Positions 35,391 to 45,573 are shown, numbered from the stretch's first letter. The stretch: DNA of 64,000 nucleotides from a virus (IMGVR_UViG_3300012038_000181:8533-72532), one strand, 5' to 3'. A program made the numbers and translations. The notes: generated by a model not told the origin, from the sequence alone.

Positions 35391-35805
35391 GACGTACTCG
35401 CTTTCGGATGAAGTGATCGAGGCGATTGAAGCGGAAAAGGCAGCGGGAGTTAGCCCGAATCAGTTTCTCCGGCGACTTTTGGGTATTGAGAAGTCTGAGA
35501 TGCCAATGAAGCAGGGGCCGTTACGCTCCGATAAGGGCCATCCGGCGGCAATTCAGCCACAACCGAGTGTTAGGGAGCCTAAACCGATAGCGGGGCGGCA
35601 GAAATGCCTTCACTGCGGCGACTTGGATGCGTTGCCGGAAGGGAGTCCCGTTTGGCGAACGTGTATTCCGTGTAATCGGGGTGGTCATAAGCCGTGGGAA
35701 GCGTGTCCCGTGTGTGCGCGAAAGGCTCACGCGGCGAAAGTGGCATCGGAAAGTACGGTTTGCGATCCTGACGCCGTGGATTTTGATCCATATCAGCCTG
35801 CGTAG
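35374..35805 (+). CDS. RHH-like DNA-binding protein with C-terminal Zn-binding domain
   Basis: MGFQSKTYSLSDEVIEAIEAEKAAGVSPNQFLRRLL; CLHC, CIPC..GH, CPVC. Confidence 0.6.
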   Translation: MGFQSKTYSLSDEVIEAIEAEKAAGVSPNQFLRRLLGIEKSEMPMKQGPLRSDKGHPAAIQPQPSVREPKPIAGRQKCLHCGDLDALPEGSPVWRTCIPCNRGGHKPWEACPVCARKAHAAKVASESTVCDPDAVDFDPYQPA

Positions 35806-35867
35806 TTCAAAGAACTGGCTAATTTTACCAAAAGAGAAGGACGTAAACAAGAAATGAGCGAGAAAAA

Positions 35868-36107
35868 ATGAGCAGTTCAAACGATATTGAGGTAATGATC
35901 CACTATTTTTGCACGATGTCACCGCATCCGCGTCTTGATGCGCCCGTCGTGGCTGACGCGGTTCGCCGTTTGGTTGCCGCTGGCCTGCTAGAAGAAGATA
36001 CGGGCAGCTATCAGCCGACCGAGGGTGGTCACATGTATATGGATGCACTGCGAGCAGTTCCGTGGCCCGTGCGGGGTTGGGTTGTTCCGAAGGTAGACAG
36101 CAATTAA
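35868..36107 (+). CDS. hypothetical protein
   Basis: 79-aa ORF in the operon. Confidence 0.55.
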   Translation: MSSSNDIEVMIHYFCTMSPHPRLDAPVVADAVRRLVAAGLLEEDTGSYQPTEGGHMYMDALRAVPWPVRGWVVPKVDSN

Positions 36108-36122
36108 GTGTTAGGGGGAGCA

Positions 36123-36443
36123 ATGAGTCGAATTGATGAAATCAGAGCGCGTAGAGCGGCAATTAGTCCCGCGCCGTGGGTTCACATGGGGCCGACCGAT
36201 AACGAAGATCGGCGGGGCGAATTGCGCCAATACGTAGCCCGCACTGTGGGTTGTGGCGACGTGCCGCCCGAAAAGTTCGTCATCACAATCCTGCACTGTG
36301 GAAACGAACAGCGGGACGTATCTGACGCTAAATTCATCGCCGCTGCGCCTGAAGACATTGACTTCTTGTTGGCTGAAATAGAGCGATTGTCAAAGAGCAA
36401 GAACGCTGAAACTACTGAGCATATTAGCATAAAAGAGGGATAA
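36123..36443 (+). CDS. Ead/Ea22-like protein
   Basis: IDEIRARRAAISPAPW...DAKFIAAAPEDIDFLLAEIERL. Confidence 0.7.
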   Translation: MSRIDEIRARRAAISPAPWVHMGPTDNEDRRGELRQYVARTVGCGDVPPEKFVITILHCGNEQRDVSDAKFIAAAPEDIDFLLAEIERLSKSKNAETTEHISIKEG

Positions 36444-36860
36444 ATGAGCGAAGAAATGAGTGTCGAGACCAAGTTGATTGCGCGGTATCAGCAGTGTGTT
36501 TACCGAATTTGGGATTTATTTCCGAACGATCCGTTGCCCGATGGTGATCCGGCGCACTTTCTGTGTGAGCGGTTGGAATCAATTCTTGATCGCGGCTTGC
36601 TTGTTCCTAAAAACGATGCTGATGGGGATAAATTCAGTGCAAATTTCCTTGAAGCGTTCGCGTCCGAGTCGCCCGAAACTCAGTGGAAGTTGATTGAGCA
36701 GCGGCGCAAGTTAGATCGTTCGCGGCAGCAATTTGATCGGGCACATGAAGATCAAGAAAAGCGTTTGCAAGAGCGGTGGTTAATGGTTCCCGTGTGGCGG
36801 CGAGCAATCATTTTGGCTGCGGAATGGGTTCAACTCAAGTTCACGCCTAAATATTTCTGA
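36444..36860 (+). CDS. hypothetical coiled-coil protein
   Basis: 138 aa, GAGG RBS. Confidence 0.55.
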   Translation: MSEEMSVETKLIARYQQCVYRIWDLFPNDPLPDGDPAHFLCERLESILDRGLLVPKNDADGDKFSANFLEAFASESPETQWKLIEQRRKLDRSRQQFDRAHEDQEKRLQERWLMVPVWRRAIILAAEWVQLKFTPKYF

Positions 36861-36979
36861 GTTGTCAAACAACCAGGAGCATTTTACCACGTAACAAGGG
36901 GGATAATCAGGCTTTATCATCCTAAAATCAGAAAGGACTGCTGCTTAGAGTAAATTTGTACGGAAAAGTTGGAGATGAG

Positions 36980-37009
36980 GGGCACCTTTCGCGGTGCCCT
37001 TCGTCTTTT
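36980..37009 (+). terminator. intrinsic terminator
   Basis: GGGCACC-TTTCGC-GGTGCCC followed by TTCGTCTTTT. Confidence 0.7.
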
Positions 37010-37153
37010 AGGAAGCGGTATAGAGCTTTATTCAGAGCCTTCAAACCAAGACCAGAAGCAACACTCGCTGAAATGCGCTCGCGCTGAGGCGGAAGCCAAC
37101 TTAAAACCTCTTGTCTACTTGTATATCACGACAAAGTTTTCCACAGTCACCGA

Positions 37154-37334
37154 AAGTTACACAGTGTAACTTAATGTAACAGGGATTGCAAAAATCTAAG
37201 GAAATTAAGGGTTTACGATTTTACTTGACAAGGTTTTTGGAAATCGTCGGAAATTGTTAAGAAGTTACTTGAATGTAACTTTAAGTAACACTCAATTCAA
37301 ACCTATTGACGCCAAAATGACACAAGCGTACACT
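37154..37334 (+). promoter_or_regulatory. putative late promoter of the head operon
   Basis: TTGACG (37306-37311), N17, TACACT (37329-37334); palindromes AAGTTACACAGTGTAACTT (37154-37172) and AAGTTACTTGAATGTAACTT (37262-37281). Confidence 0.65.
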
Positions 37335-37381
37335 CCGCTTCGTGCAGCTAGCCACGCAACCAGCGTTTGCGGCTGTGATTA

Positions 37382-38938
37382 ATGAGTCAGTCAGAAAGTT
37401 CTATTGGGGCTAATACCAGCGCACCGTCCGACGCTGGAGTCACATCGACCGTGGGAGCACCTGAAAGCTCAAGCCCATCCACGCAGGACACATCTCTCGC
37501 TCCACAGAGCACGGCTAGCACTCCTACTGCTGAGAATGTTCAAGGTAGTCAACCTTCAAGCGATACTGAGACCGATTTTCTCGACCAGTTACCTTCTATT
37601 GACGAATTGAAGGCGCAGGCAGGACAAGGAATCAAGTACGCCGATGCGTTGGCAAGTCTGAAGGGGGCATTTGACCCGCTAAAGGCCAATTATAAAGAAC
37701 TTCAATCTAAATATCAGCCTTATCAAGACGTTTTATCGCGTTTTGAGCAGCCTGAACAACTGCAAGAAGTTCTGGGATTCCGAGACAGCATAATTGCGTG
37801 GGAGAACGATCCCGTAACAGGGGAACCCGTACCTGCGCCGAATGTGCAGTTTTTACAGGAAAAGTACCGCTCACACGCGGACTATCTCGTTGCTGATTTA
37901 TTGAATTTGCCTACGGTTGACCCTGAAACGGGTCGAGAAGTACCACGGGCGGATTTGATTCTTGAAGCGTGGCGGGATTCGCCTGAAAGACGTGCCCATG
38001 TAGCCAAAGTCTTGGGATTAGTTGAGCCATCGGCTATCGCCCCACAGTGGCAACCTACTGAAGAAGAATTAAGCCTGGTTCGTCCTGAATTGCAGGATGT
38101 TTATCGGAAATTGCCTTACGAAGAACGTGAGGAATTGAAGCTGAACAGCCCTGAATTCATCAATCGAGCGTTGGAGAAAGAGCAATTCCAACAACAACTC
38201 ATTGAGCGCGACAAGCAAACGCAAGAAGCGCAGAAACAACAGGCCCAACAGCGTGAACAATACCTCAATTCCCAAGCCCAACAAGCGGGAACTGAGTATG
38301 TGAACACGCAACTTAATCAGGCGTTGACCACTTTCCATGAATCGGTTGTGCAACAGTGCAACTTCATCAAACCGCTTGATCCGGCAAACCTCCCACAAGG
38401 GGTTACGCCTGAGCAGGCCGCGCAAATGAACCAGCAAATTGCTGCGTCTAACAAAGCTGAGGCTGCTCAGATAACAGGACTCGTAGTGAGCCTGTTTAAC
38501 CCGCAGACACAGGCTTATGTACTGCCGCTCTTGAAAGAGATTGGGGCGGTGGACGACAAGATGTTGAGTCAGATGGAAAAAGCGGCAAGCGCGTTTGGAA
38601 ACAACGGCAGAAATTACGGGAACCTGAATTATCGTCAACAGTTACAGACGAACGGCAACGGTTATCAGCCGAGTGCGGATGTAACGGGGATGAATAATGA
38701 AGCCCAGAGAGCGTTGAAAACCATGATTGGCTACGCGAACCAGATTCGCGGGAAATTGATGGAGCAACGCAGTAATTTCTTTAGTTTGAAGGCCACTGAG
38801 CATAATCAAACCTTGAACGGCGCAGGAACGGTGCGACCCCCCATCAACGGAACGGGCTACAATCCTACTACCGCGCCTCCGGCTCAATTACCCTCTGGAA
38901 AACTAACCAGAGCGGATATTGACCGCCTCTACGGTTAA
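37382..38938 (+). CDS. capsid scaffolding protein (putative)
   Basis: 518 aa, disordered S/T/Q-rich N-terminus, Q/E coiled coils, directly before the capsid gene. Confidence 0.65.
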   Translation: MSQSESSIGANTSAPSDAGVTSTVGAPESSSPSTQDTSLAPQSTASTPTAENVQGSQPSSDTETDFLDQLPSIDELKAQAGQGIKYADALASLKGAFDPLKANYKELQSKYQPYQDVLSRFEQPEQLQEVLGFRDSIIAWENDPVTGEPVPAPNVQFLQEKYRSHADYLVADLLNLPTVDPETGREVPRADLILEAWRDSPERRAHVAKVLGLVEPSAIAPQWQPTEEELSLVRPELQDVYRKLPYEEREELKLNSPEFINRALEKEQFQQQLIERDKQTQEAQKQQAQQREQYLNSQAQQAGTEYVNTQLNQALTTFHESVVQQCNFIKPLDPANLPQGVTPEQAAQMNQQIAASNKAEAAQITGLVVSLFNPQTQAYVLPLLKEIGAVDDKMLSQMEKAASAFGNNGRNYGNLNYRQQLQTNGNGYQPSADVTGMNNEAQRALKTMIGYANQIRGKLMEQRSNFFSLKATEHNQTLNGAGTVRPPINGTGYNPTTAPPAQLPSGKLTRADIDRLYG

Positions 38939-38951
38939 ATAGGAGAGAATC

Positions 38952-40253
38952 ATGCCAGAAGTCGATACCGTATCTAATTGGGTGGATTTCTATGCCCAAC
39001 AGCTAATCCGCGCAAAGGATTGGTCAATTCTAGCCGCCCCGTTCTGGAATTCCCTTGGGGAAGTAACGACCGCCGAAGAAGTTTCCCAACGTGGCGCACG
39101 TCTTTATTTCGTCAAGAACCAAGCAGGCGGCGTTTCGTTGCCGACCATTGCTAATCCCGACAACAACCGCGCAATTCCACCGCAGTCAGACAGCATGTGG
39201 GCAGTTCCACAGATGTCCACTATCGCAGCGGTGCTTGATTATTCCCTGATGGTGGATGCAGGTGGCGCAAATGGCCCCAAGAAGGCCAACGCCATGTTCT
39301 CCATTCAGGAAATCATCTCACAGACCGTGGATGCCTTTGCCCAACGGCAAGAGTTCTTTGCCTGTGGCAACGGTTCGGACGCAATGGCGTTCTCAGCGGG
39401 CAGCATTGCCGCCCCAGGCGCGGGTCAGACCTTGACTTGCACCACCACCGCCGCCGCAACCCCAGGACAGACCAAAGGCGCAGTGAGACTGAAAGCCAAT
39501 CAGTATTATCAGTCCTACGACACCACGACAGGTTTGGCCGAAGGAACCTTCTTGGTCACGAGTTCCAACAACAAGACGACCGCAACCATCACCTTGTTGA
39601 GCGGCATCATCACGAGCGGTAATCCAATCTGTGATGTGGGCGGCTACAACGGTGCGCCCGTAGGAGTTTCGGGACTGATTGACGACAACAACCGTGTCAT
39701 TCAGGGTCGAGATTCCAGCGTGGACACTCTGCTTAACTGCCCAAGCGTTGACTTGAACGGAACAAAGTTCACTGTCAGCGACCGTGAGACAGTGAAGACC
39801 CAACTCGTAGTTCGCAACTTGAGCAAATCGGAGCGCGGCGGTCTAAACAACCTCGTCACTCCAGGCTTGATGAGCGACCTCCGCAAACAAGGCTACGGCT
39901 TCCACCGCACCAACGGCGACGAACCCGTAGTTGACATCGCAGGCGGCTACAAAGATGCAGATGGTACACGCATCATGGAGATGTCGAATTGGGAAGAAGA
40001 TCGTTCAACCTTCTGGAAGGGCGACGCGCTTCAGAAGCACACCCAATTCCCCGTAGGCGATCTGATGCCCAACGGCAACAACCTCGACTGGTGGAACCTC
40101 CCAGGCGTCAACGGCACCGGATCACGGAGCTACTACCGCCAGTGGGGAACTTCCTGGACTTGCGCATTGGTGAACCCCAACTGCGTGACCACCGTGAAGC
40201 GAGCGTCCCTAACCGGAATCGTTACCCAGGTTTCAATCGGAGCCGGAAACTAA
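38952..40253 (+). CDS. major capsid protein
   Basis: 433 aa, AGGAG RBS, C-ending codon bias, position after scaffold, central T/G-rich insertion domain. Confidence 0.75.
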   Translation: MPEVDTVSNWVDFYAQQLIRAKDWSILAAPFWNSLGEVTTAEEVSQRGARLYFVKNQAGGVSLPTIANPDNNRAIPPQSDSMWAVPQMSTIAAVLDYSLMVDAGGANGPKKANAMFSIQEIISQTVDAFAQRQEFFACGNGSDAMAFSAGSIAAPGAGQTLTCTTTAAATPGQTKGAVRLKANQYYQSYDTTTGLAEGTFLVTSSNNKTTATITLLSGIITSGNPICDVGGYNGAPVGVSGLIDDNNRVIQGRDSSVDTLLNCPSVDLNGTKFTVSDRETVKTQLVVRNLSKSERGGLNNLVTPGLMSDLRKQGYGFHRTNGDEPVVDIAGGYKDADGTRIMEMSNWEEDRSTFWKGDALQKHTQFPVGDLMPNGNNLDWWNLPGVNGTGSRSYYRQWGTSWTCALVNPNCVTTVKRASLTGIVTQVSIGAGN

Positions 40254-40264
40254 GGAGGAATCGC

Positions 40265-40516
40265 ATGGCTTACACAACCGCAGCCGCTCCTTATCAGATT
40301 GGCCCTGGATCGAATGATAATTCGTCGGGGATGATCTTTGAGGACATCACTGTTACAGGTGCAGGTGACACAACCGGAACCTACACCACCAAGTATGTGA
40401 AGCAGCCCGTTTATGTTTTAGGCCCGTTTACTTACAGTATTTCGGGTCAAGTGGTCACGCTTGGCAGCGCGTCCTTAACAGGAGTTGAGGCCGCACGGAT
40501 CATTGGATTCGCATGA
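40265..40516 (+). CDS. small capsid-associated/decoration protein
   Basis: AAGGAGG RBS; MAYTTAAAPY...IIGFA (83 aa), beta-rich. Confidence 0.65.
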   Translation: MAYTTAAAPYQIGPGSNDNSSGMIFEDITVTGAGDTTGTYTTKYVKQPVYVLGPFTYSISGQVVTLGSASLTGVEAARIIGFA

Positions 40517-41253
40517 TCATCAATCCGCGCGACGGGGCGGAAAGTTGGAACGTCAACGAGCCGCCCCCAAGCAACTTCGATAAAGCCGCGTATCAGCAGA
40601 AAATCGACCAGATCGTCGGGACTAAAGATACGCGGCCCATCATTAAACTCGCGTGGGCACCAGAAGAATTTCGTTGGTGGCCCATTCGGGTAGATGAAGA
40701 AGAACCCAAGGGTTATGTCTTTCCAATCTTTCATGCTTACACGACCGCGCAAGGGGAGTTGGTAGCTGCGCCTCGGTGGGTATTGTTAGAACGTATCGAG
40801 CCTGCTCAGTATGCTCCGACACCGCAGTTTTGGGAGAGCAAGCGGTATCAGTTTGATGACGGTTCATTGTGGGACTTGACGGGGCCAGTGCCCGACGAGA
40901 AGTACATTGAATTACGCTGCCACTCGCACCATGACGGAATCTGCTGTGCGTGCATTGGAACAACTTGTGAATGCGGGATTGAGTATGCTCATTGTTGGGG
41001 CAGGTACGCAGAACCGGATGAGTATCTATTAAATTGGATACGGCAAAAGAATTGGGAAGCGCAACGTGATAATGACGTGCAACCCGATGCTGATGCGCGC
41101 TACTTTTCCGCTCCGCAAGGTCAGGCTGATTACAAGTCAGAGATTGTGAATCGGCAGGAGCAACAAAAAGAAGATCGGCGCAAGTACAACGATTACATGT
41201 TAGACCATTGGGAACGTAAACCCGTTTCGACCGTAGGCCCAACTAGGGCATAA
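40513..41253 (+). CDS. hypothetical protein with a Cys/His cluster
   Basis: 246 aa; CHSHHDGICCACIGTTCECG. Confidence 0.7.
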   Translation: MIINPRDGAESWNVNEPPPSNFDKAAYQQKIDQIVGTKDTRPIIKLAWAPEEFRWWPIRVDEEEPKGYVFPIFHAYTTAQGELVAAPRWVLLERIEPAQYAPTPQFWESKRYQFDDGSLWDLTGPVPDEKYIELRCHSHHDGICCACIGTTCECGIEYAHCWGRYAEPDEYLLNWIRQKNWEAQRDNDVQPDADARYFSAPQGQADYKSEIVNRQEQQKEDRRKYNDYMLDHWERKPVSTVGPTRA

Positions 41254-41261
41254 AGGACATT

Positions 41262-42497
41262 TTGATGTCGCAAGTTTTAGAAGTTTCGGCAGGTTATCCG
41301 GTAGAAGGTCGGCCCTTTGAGCCGCCACAACTCAGTCGGCAGAACGAGCAGCCCCGTTACATCACCTTTGTTGGCAGTCTCGTTGAGGCAGGTGTCGCGC
41401 TTGACCGTCCGTGGACAAAAGGTGGGGGCATTGAAATCGGCAATCCTTGTCTGCGTTACACGAAGAACTTTGTCCGCAAGGGACGGATTACTCCGGTATT
41501 GAAAGATGTTCACGATTGGGTGACTCAAGATTATTGGGAGAAAGCCACGGGCAGGGACGCGAGTTACTTTCCGCGCCAAGTTCCCGCAGGTTATGTCTCG
41601 CCGCTGAACGAGAGTGGACACCCTAGCCCTATTCGAGCCATGTACGGCAAGATCGCGGTGCCTGGTGAGCAGATGGATTCGATCCTCAATGGTTCAGCCA
41701 ACATCCTTGACCGCACGCGACGGGGAGTGGTGGAACTGACGGAGTTAGTGGGACATGACTACAACCCGCAGGACTTGGGTGACGGGATTGTTACCGACCC
41801 GACAGTGTGGAAGATTCAACGCACCATCCTGCCTGATTATCCCTTCATTATGAAAGATGGTCAGCCAACCGTGTTGTTGGATGACATTGAGGAAGTCTTG
41901 CTTGACGCACAGCGACACACTTCACTGCGGTCGATTGTGGACAAGTACCTGACTTCGTTAAATCAGTTCCGCGACTTTGCGAAAGGCTCAGTTGATCAAA
42001 CTCATTATCGAATGAAAGAGTCGGCGGTGAAGTCGGATTCAGGCTACATCTGGAAGTACACGGAACTTGATTTCGTGCTGATGGAGCAGTTGGGTGTAGC
42101 ACGGCAGGATCGGGAGATTCGCCAAGCGAACAAGACTCAACCAAACGAGCGGTTGGAGAACATGTTCGAGCAGTGGTTGGCGATTCAGATTGAGGAGAAG
42201 CAGGCCAACCTTGAGCGGCAGAAACAGTTCACAGTTGACCAGAACACGATGGCCGCAGCCCCGATTCAAGACAAAGGATTTGACGGGGCATCTGGTTATT
42301 CAGGCTATTCAGGGGAAGTGGTAACTAATGTCACAGCCCAAGGCCAAGAGGAAATCGCCGTAGCAATGGCTGATACGATGCACACTTGCGAGTGTGGGAA
42401 AGAATTCGACACCGCGCAGGGTATCTCAATGCACAAGGCTCGTTGGTGTGAACTGCTGAAGACACCTGACGCCGAAAGTACACAGTCGGAGGCATAA
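41262..42497 (+). CDS. hypothetical protein with C-terminal zinc finger
   Basis: 411 aa; CECGKEFDTAQGISMHKARWC. Confidence 0.7.
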   Translation: MMSQVLEVSAGYPVEGRPFEPPQLSRQNEQPRYITFVGSLVEAGVALDRPWTKGGGIEIGNPCLRYTKNFVRKGRITPVLKDVHDWVTQDYWEKATGRDASYFPRQVPAGYVSPLNESGHPSPIRAMYGKIAVPGEQMDSILNGSANILDRTRRGVVELTELVGHDYNPQDLGDGIVTDPTVWKIQRTILPDYPFIMKDGQPTVLLDDIEEVLLDAQRHTSLRSIVDKYLTSLNQFRDFAKGSVDQTHYRMKESAVKSDSGYIWKYTELDFVLMEQLGVARQDREIRQANKTQPNERLENMFEQWLAIQIEEKQANLERQKQFTVDQNTMAAAPIQDKGFDGASGYSGYSGEVVTNVTAQGQEEIAVAMADTMHTCECGKEFDTAQGISMHKARWCELLKTPDAESTQSEA

Positions 42498-42517
42498 CCA
42501 TTCCGTCACTTTATGGC

Positions 42518-43261
42518 ATGATGGACAATGTTCGTTTGAGGCTTGGCGATAGTCGCGCTCAAGCCCCAAACGATGCCCAACTGTTGAATCAAGTCTGTTC
42601 GCAGGTAAGGAACCTACAGAGATTCAAACGGGTGACGGGGAACCCGTGGAACTTCAACGACCTCATCTTAGAGACCAACGCCAACGACTCGACGTATCAG
42701 ATAGCTCTGACGGATTTCGGATACCCGCTAGCAGTTTTGACGTGGGCGCCGGAACTCTCCACATGGACGCCTCGCTTAATCAAAATTTACGAACCGCAGA
42801 ACTTGGCGTTGGACATTCCCATTAGGGGTAATGACCAGCTAGCCTCATTTTCGTATTTGCCATGGGACGGAAGCAACGCCACGGCACAAAGATGTGCCTT
42901 TTATTGGCGCAATAACGTGCCTTTTATCGAGTTTTGGCCTGCTCCGACAACTTCGATAGCGAATTACAAAATCCGCTACATCCAGAATAGTGACGGGTTA
43001 GATACGGCGGCATTAAGCGAGTCTCCGTTGAGCAATGACGAGTCCGATTTAGCCGAAATCAGAAGCGCGATTGCATTGCTTCCTTTGACTCAGTGGATGG
43101 CTGATGCAGGCGATGGGATTGGCTACAATCAGATGAAGCGGAAGGAATTAGCGATAAGTCTAAGCGCAGAAGAAAGAGAAGCCACCCGCTTGTTTGAGGC
43201 TATCGCCCGCGTAACTTCTGGCCCCGTGATCAGACAACGATGGAATCCGACAGTGGGCTAA
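42518..43261 (+). CDS. head-tail adaptor-like protein (putative)
   Basis: 247 aa; VRLRLGD N-helix, YQIALTDF and IEFWPAP motifs typical of adaptor proteins. Confidence 0.45.
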   Translation: MMDNVRLRLGDSRAQAPNDAQLLNQVCSQVRNLQRFKRVTGNPWNFNDLILETNANDSTYQIALTDFGYPLAVLTWAPELSTWTPRLIKIYEPQNLALDIPIRGNDQLASFSYLPWDGSNATAQRCAFYWRNNVPFIEFWPAPTTSIANYKIRYIQNSDGLDTAALSESPLSNDESDLAEIRSAIALLPLTQWMADAGDGIGYNQMKRKELAISLSAEEREATRLFEAIARVTSGPVIRQRWNPTVG

Positions 43262-43540
43262 ATGCAGACCTCACCACTCCGCAACGGCGACAAACTTCCC
43301 GATCATCCCGACTCCACTACCTCTCTAACAGTAACCAAATACGGACGAGTCTTTGACGCGACTGATGGGCTAGAGTTGCTGCCTAATCTCCATCGAACTG
43401 AACAGATGATGCTCAAGGGTGGAGAGCGTGGTGGTCTAAGTCACATGTACCGCTATGCAGTCATTGATGGTCGGATTTATCACACGAGACCAAGTGTTAT
43501 AATCATGGTAGAGACCACTGATGCCGAAACTGACTCGTGA
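43262..43540 (+). CDS. hypothetical protein
   Basis: 92-aa ORF overlapping the terL start. Confidence 0.5.
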   Translation: MQTSPLRNGDKLPDHPDSTTSLTVTKYGRVFDATDGLELLPNLHRTEQMMLKGGERGGLSHMYRYAVIDGRIYHTRPSVIIMVETTDAETDS

Positions 43541-45566
43541 AGAAACCAAAACCCTCTTTGCCGCGTTAGAAATCCAATCGCTCGCGGAGATCACCGATGA
43601 TTGGGTAGGCCAGTTTCTCTCCAAACTCAATGACCCCGTAAAGAAAGCCGCATGGAATCAGCTTCTCGGAATCATCGAAGAATTCCGTCCTGAAGAATAC
43701 AAACGCCTCAACAACTTCGCCAAGAACAACAAGGGAATGCTGCTGGAGTTCCAAGGATGGGAACGCTGGCTCAAGACCCTCGGAGCGCAGACCTTTACCC
43801 GTGATTTCGCCCCGATTCAGAAACGCTTCTGGGATTGGAATTGGCGAGCCTTACTGAAGATTCGCAAGAACATTCCCCTTGATCCAAAAGAGACAGTTGG
43901 TTTTCTTCCTTGGAGCCGTGAGACCGGAAAGTCGAGTACGGTTGAGTGGGCGTGCATTGCCGAAGGAGCCTTGTTACGTGGCGGGTATGTAATCTTCTAC
44001 AGCGGTAAACAGTCGCAAGCTGAAGAACACGTTACTTCAATCCGTGACCGCATCGAGTCAGAACATGTCAGCGACCTCTACCCGTGGCTAGGCAAGCCAA
44101 AACTCGGCGCACATGGAAACAAGTTCGGGTGGGGCAAAGAGTTCCTGATGACGAGCGGTGGTTGGGCCATCCGACCCGTTGGCGCAGACGTAGCGATACG
44201 CGGCGGTAAGACACTCAACCTTAGACCAACGCTCATTGTAGTGGACGATTTAGACGAACTAGGGGAATCACCCGTAGTAGTTGAGCACAAGGAACAGATT
44301 CTCACTCGCTCAATCCTGCCAATGGGGAATGACAAGACCCGTGTGCTTGTCCCGCAGAATCCGATTCATCCGAACTCGGTAGTCAACCGAATGTTGACGG
44401 GCGTGTCAATGGCTCTGTCACCTTTGATTCGTACGGTCTTTGGAGAATTAAACGACGATGGATCAATGTCCCCCCGTCCCGTTCCTGCCATGCGGAACTT
44501 TGCTTCGGAAGTGCGACAAGGCGAAGATGGGCCATATTCAGTAATCACGCAGGGAGAATCAAACTGGCCTGGGATTGACACCGAAGGTTGGAACCGCACG
44601 CTGAACCGTGTTGGCCCACCCGCCTTCATGTCCGAGTATCAGCATGACATGACGGTCTCGCAGGAAGAAAGAGTGCTTCCTGAATACGATGACCGCAATT
44701 TGAAGATTCATGTTATTACGTGGTCACAGTATGAGGCCAAGTATGGTATGCGACGAATCCCTTCTGATTGGCCCTGTTCAGCAGGATTAGATATTGGTTA
44801 TACGGGTTCCCATAAATCAGCATGGTCATTCATCTCTAAAGTCCCGCAAGCGTATGAACTCGCGGGCGCGATCTTTCGCTATCGGGGCAGAACCTTCACG
44901 GGCACGGGCATAGATGAGCAAGCGGTGAGTGTGCGGAGCGAGTTATGGCCGCAAGAAAACGTCGAGATTCACTTGATGTCACATGAGAAGCTAGGTGAAC
45001 GGAATGTCTTGAATCAGAAACACGGTTGGCACTTCCAACCTTGTGATTCAGCGAAGACCGCAGGCATCGCACAATGGCGTCATTTCCTCAAACCAGACCG
45101 AACCCAACCACACCCCTTCCATCGGGATGAAAAGGCGTTAGATGGACTGTGGAAGCTAGGAAGGCCCGCTTGGTTCGACATCGTGGACGACCGACAGTTT
45201 CATGCACCGATTGATGATCTGGGAATGAAGCGACACAGAGACGGTGCGTTTAATTGGCGTCAAGTTCCCATCAAACTTACCGACAAGGGTTTGACCATTG
45301 AGCAGCCCGCTAAAGTGGACGACGATGAGGTCGATTCTACACGTCAATTGCTGACCCGCTTCGGAAATCCTGATAAGCCAATGACGCAAGCACAACGAGT
45401 GCAGTCGTTGATACCGACAGCGTTTCGGCAGGCAGAATTAGCCAAGACTGATATGCACCCAAACGAGCAATACATGGCAAATCAGATGGCTACATTTCTA
45501 GCCAAGAGACAGTTAGGATTGGATAAACCGAAGTTGGTAGACGCTTTCGGTCAGCCCCTTCGCTAA
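43521..45566 (+). CDS. terL: terminase large subunit
   Basis: Walker A WSRETGKS, Walker B LIVVDDLDE, nuclease GLDIG and DDEVDS. Confidence 0.9.
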   Translation: MPKLTREETKTLFAALEIQSLAEITDDWVGQFLSKLNDPVKKAAWNQLLGIIEEFRPEEYKRLNNFAKNNKGMLLEFQGWERWLKTLGAQTFTRDFAPIQKRFWDWNWRALLKIRKNIPLDPKETVGFLPWSRETGKSSTVEWACIAEGALLRGGYVIFYSGKQSQAEEHVTSIRDRIESEHVSDLYPWLGKPKLGAHGNKFGWGKEFLMTSGGWAIRPVGADVAIRGGKTLNLRPTLIVVDDLDELGESPVVVEHKEQILTRSILPMGNDKTRVLVPQNPIHPNSVVNRMLTGVSMALSPLIRTVFGELNDDGSMSPRPVPAMRNFASEVRQGEDGPYSVITQGESNWPGIDTEGWNRTLNRVGPPAFMSEYQHDMTVSQEERVLPEYDDRNLKIHVITWSQYEAKYGMRRIPSDWPCSAGLDIGYTGSHKSAWSFISKVPQAYELAGAIFRYRGRTFTGTGIDEQAVSVRSELWPQENVEIHLMSHEKLGERNVLNQKHGWHFQPCDSAKTAGIAQWRHFLKPDRTQPHPFHRDEKALDGLWKLGRPAWFDIVDDRQFHAPIDDLGMKRHRDGAFNWRQVPIKLTDKGLTIEQPAKVDDDEVDSTRQLLTRFGNPDKPMTQAQRVQSLIPTAFRQAELAKTDMHPNEQYMANQMATFLAKRQLGLDKPKLVDAFGQPLR

Positions 45567-45573
45567 AACTTTG

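Noticed and set aside
36880-36892. Minus-strand extended -10 (TG-G-TAAAAT) pointing into gene 36444-36860
   Set aside because: A short motif with no supporting -35 or transcript evidence; could be chance
39989-40516. Programmed -1 frameshift fusing the capsid to the downstream small protein
   Set aside because: The -1 frame is open for about 90 codons, but C-ending codon bias explains this; no canonical X XXY YYZ slippery site, and the small gene has its own AAGGAGG RBS
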